The notes under the pieces are model-generated. The model was not told the origin of the DNA and did not search any database. It saw only the letters and a list, made by a program, of their open reading frames with translations. Shown piece after piece: positions 56,911-64,000 of a DNA stretch of 64,000 nt (position 1 is the stretch's first letter; every line of letters starts with the position of its first letter). This stretch comes from Spirochaetota bacterium (GTDB taxonomy: Bacteria > Spirochaetota > UBA6919 > CBDBPB01), in contig CBDBPB010000004.1 in the NCBI GenBank assembly GCA_965208615.1, positions 256,001 through 320,000 on the forward strand. The letters run 5' to 3'. A program made the translations under genes and the position numbers.

Positions 56911-57618
56911 ATGGACCAAAGAAGATTAGCTCATTTATTAAAGCTTGAAGAGAAGCTTGGGATTAAGTTTCAAGACATGCGGCATTTTCATAATGCTTTA
57001 ATTCACAGTTCTTATGTTAATGAGAACAGAAGTGAGCCTGAAGATAATGAAAAGTTAGAGTTATTAGGGGATTCTGTTTTAGCTCTTATAGTTAATGAGT
57101 ATTTATATAAAGAGTTAAACTATTGTTCTGAGGGAGAATTATCCACTATTAAGTCTATTGTTGTTAGCGAACACTCCTTAGCCGTAATTGCTAGAAAGCT
57201 TAGTATTGGACATGGTTTACTCTTGGGTAAGGGTGAAATAATTTCTAATGGGATGAATCGTCAGGCTATACTAGCTGATACTCTTGAGGCTATTTTAGGA
57301 GCTTATTATTTGGATAGGGGTCTAAGTGCCGTTAGACAGTTTATAGAGCCATTTATTGAAGAAGAAGTTGATAAGGTTAAAAAGGACAAGCATCAAAAAG
57401 ATTATAAGACATCTCTTCAATTATATACTCAACAGCTTTATAAGGTATGCCCAATTTATAAGACTATTAAAGAAGAGGGGCCTGATCATCAAAAGATATT
57501 TTATGTTAATGTATTAATTAATGACAAGGTAATTGGTTCTGGTTTTGGCCCTAGTAAGAAGCTTGCTCAACAGGATGCCGCACATATAGCGTTAAAGAAC
57601 ATGGATAACTTAAGTTAA
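56911..57618 (+). CDS. rnc: Ribonuclease III
   Basis: Catalytic motifs NEKLELLGDSVL and ADTLEAILGA; dsRBD DYKTSLQ...GPDH...SKKLAQQDAA. Confidence 0.96.
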   Translation: MDQRRLAHLLKLEEKLGIKFQDMRHFHNALIHSSYVNENRSEPEDNEKLELLGDSVLALIVNEYLYKELNYCSEGELSTIKSIVVSEHSLAVIARKLSIGHGLLLGKGEIISNGMNRQAILADTLEAILGAYYLDRGLSAVRQFIEPFIEEEVDKVKKDKHQKDYKTSLQLYTQQLYKVCPIYKTIKEEGPDHQKIFYVNVLINDKVIGSGFGPSKKLAQQDAAHIALKNMDNLS

Positions 57619-57802
57619 TTAATTACCTACTAGTTATTATAGTTTTTAGATAGATATTATTTATACTCTATGGAGTTTTAGAAGTATATGTTAACCTAAA
57701 ATACTTTTGATCCAAGCAACTATAACGATTAATAGCAGAACTCTTAATAAGATTACATATACCAAAACCCTTTTCTAAACACCTATCCTAAAATATTATA
57801 CT

Positions 57803-58675
57803 CTAACGCAATAACCTAAGAACTAACTGAGATTTACTATTTGCCTGTGCTAACATCGCTGTACCACTTTGATAAATTATTTGATTCTTAACAAAATCTA
57901 CTACCTCTTCCGCCATGTCAGTATCCCTAATACGAGATTCTGAAGCTTGTAAGTTTTCATATCCCACTAACAACCCTTTAGCCGTAAACTCTAAACGATT
58001 TTGATAAGCACCAAGATCTGCCCTTTGCTTGGATACCCTCTTTAATGCCGCATCTATTACACCAATATTTTGATTTGCCTTTTCAATATTAGATACACTA
58101 ATAAAAGTCGCAAATTGAGGTAGTCCACTGGTATTCTTAAGCCCAAGAGCCTGAGTATTCATTGTCCCCACATAAACCCTCTCCCTTTGATCCATATTAG
58201 CACCTATATGAAACCACATACTCGCATTGGGTAAGTGGAGTGCTGTACCCCGAGAAAAACGTCCTGTTAACATGTTTAACTCATTAAATTGGGCATGACT
58301 AGCTATTCTATCAATTTCGTCTATCAATTGGGATACTTCTACTTGTATTTGCATCCTGTCTTCCGATGTATATATGCCATTAGCTCCCTGAACAGATAAT
58401 TCTCTTAGCCTTTGTAAGACCGATTGGATGTTTTGCAAATATCCTTCAGTTGTCTGGATAAAAGATATATCATCCTCAGCATTACGCTCAGCTTGTCTTA
58501 GCCCTCTAATTTGTGCTCTCATTTTCTCTGATATAGCTAAACCTGCCGCATCATCCCCAGCTCGGTTTATCCTCATACCTGATGATAGCTTTTCAAGATT
58601 TTTATCAAGTTCCCAGTTCTTAAACTTAGTAACTCTATGAGCATTGATAGCACTTAGATTGTGGTTAATAATCAT
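57803..58675 (-). CDS. flaB: Spirochaete-type periplasmic flagellar filament core protein FlaB
   Basis: Motifs [68 protein letters not shown]. Confidence 0.95.
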   Translation of the reverse strand: MIINHNLSAINAHRVTKFKNWELDKNLEKLSSGMRINRAGDDAAGLAISEKMRAQIRGLRQAERNAEDDISFIQTTEGYLQNIQSVLQRLRELSVQGANGIYTSEDRMQIQVEVSQLIDEIDRIASHAQFNELNMLTGRFSRGTALHLPNASMWFHIGANMDQRERVYVGTMNTQALGLKNTSGLPQFATFISVSNIEKANQNIGVIDAALKRVSKQRADLGAYQNRLEFTAKGLLVGYENLQASESRIRDTDMAEEVVDFVKNQIIYQSGTAMLAQANSKSQLVLRLLR

Positions 58676-58717
58676 ATAAGCACCTCTTTTTTTTTATAGT
58701 TTTATAACCATAATAGT

Positions 58718-58744
58718 AGGTCGGTGAATCACTAATTGTCTTTA
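58718..58744 (-). promoter_or_regulatory. sigma28-type promoter of flaB
   Basis: TAAA-gacaattagtgattca(16 nt)-CCGACCT, about 45 nt upstream of the flaB ATG. Confidence 0.6.
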
Positions 58745-59123
58745 GTAAAAATTGATAAAACCAGATGATTAACATATAAGTAGTTAGAAAGTTAAAGTTT
58801 TAATAGCTGGGGGGTAACAGCCTAATATACTGTAAAATATAATATCCTCGTTTGGATAAAAACTATATTCATTAATAAATATAGCATATATACTAGGCTA
58901 TATAACATCAGTAGTATTTTTGCTGTAAATCTTGTTGCTAACCCTCTAACAAATAGTTAAACTAAAATCCTTTTTTACTTTTAACAAAACAATAATAACA
59001 TAAAAGTTTTTTTTACTACTAAAAGCATAACAGTTTTGTTATATTAAATATATCTTTTAAAAGTTTAGCAATTTATCAAAACAAAGCAGGCTTTGTTTAA
59101 AATAATAAATTAATATATTTATC

Positions 59124-59738
59124 ATGAAATTAAAACTAATAATATTTCTCTCTTTCATAATTATTATCTCTCCTAAAATAGCGTATACTGAAAGTGATAC
59201 TCTAATGTTGGGCATAAAAACAACAATGCCTCTTTCTGTTAATCTGTCTACCACTAAAGACTTAAGTTATATGTGTGCTTTTAGTAATGATAAAGCTAAT
59301 GGCATTGGTGCAGGAGCAGGCTTTTTTTTAGAAGTAATCCCTATAAAATATTTGGCTATAGAAACTGGCGTTTTTTTTAGGTATTTCTCCCTTGGAAACA
59401 ATGATATATCATATTACGAAATGCAGATACCCATTATACCAAAGTTAAGAATTCCTGTTACATCAAATGTTAATGTTCTATTTGGTATAGGCGGCTCTTA
59501 TTTTGTTCAATTTCATGGCACTATACTATCCCCCAGCGGACAAGAAATTAATATACCTAAGTCAGATTTAACTATGAGTTTTAGCTTTATAACCAAACTC
59601 GAAATTCAGTTTAGACTAAATAGAAGTGGTAACATATTAATGAATGTAGAATTTGGTTATGAGTTTGCTAAACGTTCTCTAAAAATGACTGCTCATGATA
59701 TCTTTTTCGGCTTAAGCCTTGGATTCATTGTTATTTAA
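59124..59738 (+). CDS. Outer-membrane beta-barrel protein
   Basis: Signal peptide, amphipathic strands (LAIETGVFF, MQIPIIPKLR), terminal FFGLSLGFIVI. Confidence 0.7.
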   Translation: MKLKLIIFLSFIIIISPKIAYTESDTLMLGIKTTMPLSVNLSTTKDLSYMCAFSNDKANGIGAGAGFFLEVIPIKYLAIETGVFFRYFSLGNNDISYYEMQIPIIPKLRIPVTSNVNVLFGIGGSYFVQFHGTILSPSGQEINIPKSDLTMSFSFITKLEIQFRLNRSGNILMNVEFGYEFAKRSLKMTAHDIFFGLSLGFIVI

Positions 59739-60743
59739 CCTATTTTTAAGCCCTATAATCTTGGCAAATGATCTATCTATTAGATTTTGGGATAATTCAT
59801 TATTGTTTATGGCATCATTTATTATTTTTTTTACTTTTATATGTAAATTGTGATCCAGCCTTATAAACTTTTTATAGTTGGAAAATAGTAAAATATTATT
59901 TCCCGCTTTAATGGCTTGTATAACAGTAGTTTTAAGGTTAAAACTATTTTGTATTGCTCCCATATGAAGGTCATCGGTAATTATTATTTTGTTATAGTTT
60001 AGCTTATTTATTAATACATTTTTTAGGTGTTCCTCTGATAGACTGGCTGGATATTTATTATCTATATTGCTGTTAAATAGATGTCCACTCATTATCATGT
60101 CTATTTTGCTATATTTTATTAACTGTTTATAAGGATATAATTCACTTTCTTGCCATGTACTGCTTATATCACTAAGCTCTTTATGAGTGTCGGTTTTAGC
60201 ACTTCCATGTCCTGGATAGTGTTTAATACAGGGTATTATGTTATTGTCATAGTGAGCCTTTATAGACTGGATTGCATAATCTAGTACTATTTGTGAGTTG
60301 TTAGAAAAACTTCTATCTATCCTCCCTATGATAGGCGATTCTGGATTAACATTAACATCCACAACAGGGCTAAAGTTTATATTAAATCCCACATTCCTAA
60401 GGCTAAGGGACATCTTACTATAGATTTTATATGCTTCTAATAAAGTTTTTGTTTTAGCAACTTCTTTTTGCGAGGGATATTTATTTTTATTATTTAGTCT
60501 AGTTATTTGTCCACCTTCTTGGTCCACGGATACAAAAAGGGGATATTCACTAAATATAGATTTAAAATATTGTATTAGCCTAGTTATTTGTTCAAGGCTT
60601 ATAATGTTGTAACCCAAAACAATAATACCCCCTATCTCCCCTCTTTCCACTTGATTAGACAGGGTTATTATGTTCTGATCCTCTGGAGTGGTGCCGTGAA
60701 AGCCTATTATTAACATTTGGCCTATTTTTTTGTTTATAGACAT
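59712..60743 (-). CDS. nagZ: Beta-N-acetylhexosaminidase (GH3, NagZ-like)
   Basis: Motifs SVDQEGG, NFSPVVD, KHYPGHG..TDTH, ITDDLHMGA. Confidence 0.88.
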   Translation of the reverse strand: MSINKKIGQMLIIGFHGTTPEDQNIITLSNQVERGEIGGIIVLGYNIISLEQITRLIQYFKSIFSEYPLFVSVDQEGGQITRLNNKNKYPSQKEVAKTKTLLEAYKIYSKMSLSLRNVGFNINFSPVVDVNVNPESPIIGRIDRSFSNNSQIVLDYAIQSIKAHYDNNIIPCIKHYPGHGSAKTDTHKELSDISSTWQESELYPYKQLIKYSKIDMIMSGHLFNSNIDNKYPASLSEEHLKNVLINKLNYNKIIITDDLHMGAIQNSFNLKTTVIQAIKAGNNILLFSNYKKFIRLDHNLHIKVKKIINDAINNNELSQNLIDRSFAKIIGLKNRLNNNESKA

Positions 60744-60783
60744 ATTTTACCTATATACGCTTATAACTTATTGCACTAAAGCG

Positions 60784-61881
60784 TTAAGCCTTAGTTATCT
60801 GCCTACCAATAGACAGTATAATGGCAATGGCTATGGATGAACTAATTAAAGAATTACCGCCATAGCTTAGGAATGGTAAAGGCAAACCTGCAATAGGTAA
60901 AACTCCTAATACAGATCCTAGGTTAATAAGTGTTTGATAGGCTAAAATAAAGGTTAATCCATAAACTAAATAGACAAGTTTAATGTCCTTAATCTTAGAC
61001 ACCAACTTATATATATTAAAAAATAAATAAAAATATAAAAATATGATAGCTAATCCGCCGATTAACCCTACATCAGCAACAATATTCGGAAAGTAAAAGT
61101 CTGTATGAGATTCTGGTATTCGTGCATTATAACTACCTATCCCTAATCCATTACCATATAATCCCCCTTGTTCAATGGCTCTACTAGATAGTCGTGCATG
61201 GTAGTGCATATAGCTAGGTTCATATATCCCCTTTATAAAACCAATAATTCTCGCTTTCATGTGGCTGAAAGATGTAATTAACAAAATAATAACAGGAATG
61301 CCTATAGCACTAATATATACAATATGTTTAAATGATGCTCCAGCAATAAAGATAAGCACTATACACGAAATTAAAATTATAACAGCTGTTGAGAAGTCTT
61401 GTTCAAAGAGTATTAAAATAAATACTAGTCCAACTACTATTAATATTGGTAATAAGCCTAGGTTAAAGTCTTTTATATAGTCTTTTTTCTTATAGAGTAA
61501 TTTACTTAAATAAATCATAATGGTAATTTTAGCTATTTCAGAAGGCTGATAATTAATAAATTTAAGACTTATCCACCTTCTTGCACCATTAATCTCCTTA
61601 CCTATACTGGGTATTAATACCAAAATAAGGGAGATAATAGTTATTAAGAAAAATATGTTTGCAAAACGAAAAAAGAATCCTATATTAACCCTTGATAAAA
61701 AAAGTATAAGGATTATTGAAAGCAGTGCATAAATAAGCTGTCTATTGAAAAAGTAGGAGTTATTAGTATAAAGTCTTTCTCCAATACGAGCACTAGCACC
61801 ATACATAAAAGCTAGACTAATTCCTATTAATATAAAAACTATAATTAATATTTTAGAGTTAATATTTTTAATGTCATCCAT
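60784..61881 (-). CDS. ftsW: SEDS peptidoglycan glycosyltransferase FtsW
   Basis: Motifs GARRWI, QPSEIAK, PESHTDF, GLPLPFLSYGG; lies downstream of murD. Confidence 0.9.
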   Translation of the reverse strand: MDDIKNINSKILIIVFILIGISLAFMYGASARIGERLYTNNSYFFNRQLIYALLSIILILFLSRVNIGFFFRFANIFFLITIISLILVLIPSIGKEINGARRWISLKFINYQPSEIAKITIMIYLSKLLYKKKDYIKDFNLGLLPILIVVGLVFILILFEQDFSTAVIILISCIVLIFIAGASFKHIVYISAIGIPVIILLITSFSHMKARIIGFIKGIYEPSYMHYHARLSSRAIEQGGLYGNGLGIGSYNARIPESHTDFYFPNIVADVGLIGGLAIIFLYFYLFFNIYKLVSKIKDIKLVYLVYGLTFILAYQTLINLGSVLGVLPIAGLPLPFLSYGGNSLISSSIAIAIILSIGRQITKA

Positions 61882-61895
61882 AGGCCTAAAGTGTT

Positions 61896-63242
61896 TTATA
61901 AGTTATAAACCAGCTTTTTAAAGTGAGAGCCTCGCTCTTCATAATTTTTATACAAATCAAAACTAGCACAGCCAGGTGATAATAATATAACATCATTGTT
62001 TTTAGCATGATTAACTGCTGTATAAAAGGCTTGTTCCAAGTCTGATACTAATTTAGTATTATAAAAGTTAATTGCCTTATTAATTTTAGTTTTAGCCTCT
62101 CCCATTAGTATAAGCAATTTAACTCTATTATCCATAAAGGGTATTAATTTACTAAAGTCCAGACCCTTGTCCTGCCCGCCCATTATAAGTATTATTCCCT
62201 TATCATAACTCAATAAGGATTTTATAACCGAATTAACAGTAGTAGCCTTACTATCGTTTATAAAGCTTATTCCATTAACCTTTTTAACGAATTCGTTACG
62301 ATTCTCAAGACCTGAAAACTCCATTAATACCTTTTCTATAGACTTATTTGATATGCCTAATAATTTGGCTATACAAATTGAGGCTAGTATATTTTCTATA
62401 TTGTGTATCCCTTTTAGTTTGATTTTATCAATCGAAATTACTTTTTCTGTCATAAAATATATACAAGAGGATTTTATATATGCGGTTTGATTTTGATTAT
62501 CCTTCGAAAAGGTATATAGCTTGCTTTTTATATTAGAACTCAACTTTTTATAGTATGGATCATCATAGTTTAGTATTATAATATCTGACTCACTTTGGTT
62601 TTTGAGTATATTTTTTTTAGCATTAATATACTCATTAAAGTTATTATATCTATCGAGGTGGTCTTCGGATATATTTAATATAGCGGCTATATTACAATTA
62701 AGACGTTGAACATCCTCTAATTGATAGCTACTCAGCTCCAGAACAACAATAGTATTTTCATCTACATCATCCACAACGGAGATAAATGGAATACCTATAT
62801 TACCCCCAACTTTAACTTTCATTTCCTGCTCTATGATCCTGTGGACAATCGATGTAGTAGTAGTTTTACCGTCAGTACCAGTTATACCTATGATCAGCTT
62901 GGGATTACATAATAAATATGCCAATTCAATTTCACTGGTTATTGGTATATTACTCTCAACAGCCTTCTGGATTAGAGGTATTGACCTTGCTACACCCGGA
63001 CTTAATATAATTCTATCCACATTTGTCAGCTGATAGTCTCCCTGTTTTCCGCAATATATATGTTTAACAGGTTTAATTAGTTTAGATATTAGGTTATACA
63101 GCTCATCTTTAGTTTTAGAGTCACTTATTGATATATTATTTATATCTTTACTTAAAAGATAATTAGCAACTGATAAGCCTGTTTTTAAACCTAATCCTAC
63201 AATTAGTATATGTTCTTTTTTTAGTTGTTCAATGAACTCCAT
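61896..63242 (-). CDS. murD: UDP-N-acetylmuramoyl-L-alanine--D-glutamate ligase
   Basis: Motifs SPGV, GITGTDGKTTTT, GGNIG, LELSSYQL, DHLDRY, NDSKAT, LSPGCASFD. Confidence 0.96.
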   Translation of the reverse strand: MEFIEQLKKEHILIVGLGLKTGLSVANYLLSKDINNISISDSKTKDELYNLISKLIKPVKHIYCGKQGDYQLTNVDRIILSPGVARSIPLIQKAVESNIPITSEIELAYLLCNPKLIIGITGTDGKTTTTSIVHRIIEQEMKVKVGGNIGIPFISVVDDVDENTIVVLELSSYQLEDVQRLNCNIAAILNISEDHLDRYNNFNEYINAKKNILKNQSESDIIILNYDDPYYKKLSSNIKSKLYTFSKDNQNQTAYIKSSCIYFMTEKVISIDKIKLKGIHNIENILASICIAKLLGISNKSIEKVLMEFSGLENRNEFVKKVNGISFINDSKATTVNSVIKSLLSYDKGIILIMGGQDKGLDFSKLIPFMDNRVKLLILMGEAKTKINKAINFYNTKLVSDLEQAFYTAVNHAKNNDVILLSPGCASFDLYKNYEERGSHFKKLVYNL

Positions 63243-63410
63243 ATTGTTAAACAGGATTATTAGGTTTATAAAACAATTGATCTAGCATTATTCGGCAGAT
63301 AATCGTAAACCAATAAAATATTATTTATAAAACTATTTAACAAATAATACTTTATTGTTAAAACATAGCTATATAGCTTTAATGCATTTAGATAAGAAAT
63401 TGACAGTTTC

Positions 63411-63439
63411 TTGACAATGCAATATTTATATATTAAATT
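63411..63439 (+). promoter_or_regulatory. sigma70-type promoter
   Basis: TTGACA-17 nt-TAAATT upstream of the manC start. Confidence 0.45.
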
Positions 63440-63467
63440 AAGGATTATTATAAAAGAGGGAAAGATA

Positions 63468-64000
63468 ATGAATCAGATTGCTGTAATCATGGCTGGAGGC
63501 AGTGGTGAAAGATTTTGGCCTATGAGTAGGTCTAATAAACCTAAGCAATTTCTTAAGTTAGTATCCAAAAGCTCTATGATAAGGGAGAGCTTTTTACGGT
63601 TAAAAACCTTTTTACCCATTGAAAATATATTTATAGTAACAGGAGATAAATTTTACCATAATATACTAGAAGAAGTACCAGAGCTTAATAAGGATAATAT
63701 TATTATCGAACCCTTTGCAAGAGATACTGCTGCTGCTATTGGTTTAAGTATTTCATATATTGATAAGAAGTTTAGTAATTCTGTTGTATTAGTTTGCCCA
63801 TCTGATCACATGATCGCTGATCATTCTAAGTTCATTAGTACTATTGTTAACGGTTTTAATACAGCTTATAACAACTCTTGTATAGTTATCCTTGGGATTA
63901 ACCCTTCTAAACCAGAGACTGCCTATGGATATATTGAATTGGGTGAGTTATTCAATAACCTAAACGATGTTGGTATATATAAGGTTAAAAGGTTTGTTGA
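63468..64000 (+). CDS. manC: Mannose-1-phosphate guanylyltransferase (partial, runs off the window end)
   Basis: MNQIAVIMAGGSGERFWPMSRSNKPKQFL...EPFARDTAAAI...PSDH...PETAYGYI; GAGGG RBS. Confidence 0.92.
   Translation, partial: MNQIAVIMAGGSGERFWPMSRSNKPKQFLKLVSKSSMIRESFLRLKTFLPIENIFIVTGDKFYHNILEEVPELNKDNIIIEPFARDTAAAIGLSISYIDKKFSNSVVLVCPSDHMIADHSKFISTIVNGFNTAYNNSCIVILGINPSKPETAYGYIELGELFNNLNDVGIYKVKRFV

Noticed and set aside
1255-63033. Short overlapping ORFs in the track (e.g. 3797-4201, 6568-6936, 16195-16551, 30263-30628, 45982-46305, 58428-58640)
   Set aside because: They are antisense or alternate-frame shadows of well-supported genes, with no recognisable motifs.

Overview
AT-rich (roughly 30% GC by eye) bacterial chromosomal segment, most likely from an uncultured Spirochaetota lineage. 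The flagellin carries the spirochaete FlaB signature ([21 protein letters not shown]) and several lipoproteins have spirochaetal-style lipoboxes. Most genes are housekeeping: pabB-pabC fusion, pyrD, ychF, dsbD, lysA, proA, hemB, dtd, PBP1A, serS, tldD/tldE, elbB, HPr, ugd, trxA, pyrC, rpmF-plsX-fabD-fabG-fabF-rnc, flaB, nagZ, ftsW, murD and a partial manC. There are three tRNAs (Lys-TTT, Glu-TTC, Gly-TCC), a group 3b [NiFe]-hydrogenase operon with a maturation protease and a cNMP-domain protein, a CHASE2 adenylate cyclase, an orphan IS1 InsA-like gene and several repeat proteins (TPR, WD40, LRR, YD-like). No CRISPR array, prophage or integrase was seen. The strongest novelty candidate is a predicted single-pass 'receptor nuclease' (NERD PD-(D/E)xK domain, coiled coil, TM helix, TPR array; 36982-39126). 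Its putative 5' UTR is three exact 26-bp repeats, each encoding an ATG-GCT-TAA mini-ORF. Other leads are a strand-specific hairpin RNA with anti-Shine-Dalgarno loop sequences (29887-29953), three sigma28-type promoters with identical spacing (one before an unknown gene), a hairpin covering the RBS and start of a Nudix gene, an A12 tract in a tRNA promoter spacer, and a lipoprotein gene split by a 1-bp frameshift. All calls come from motif recognition by eye; no searches were run.
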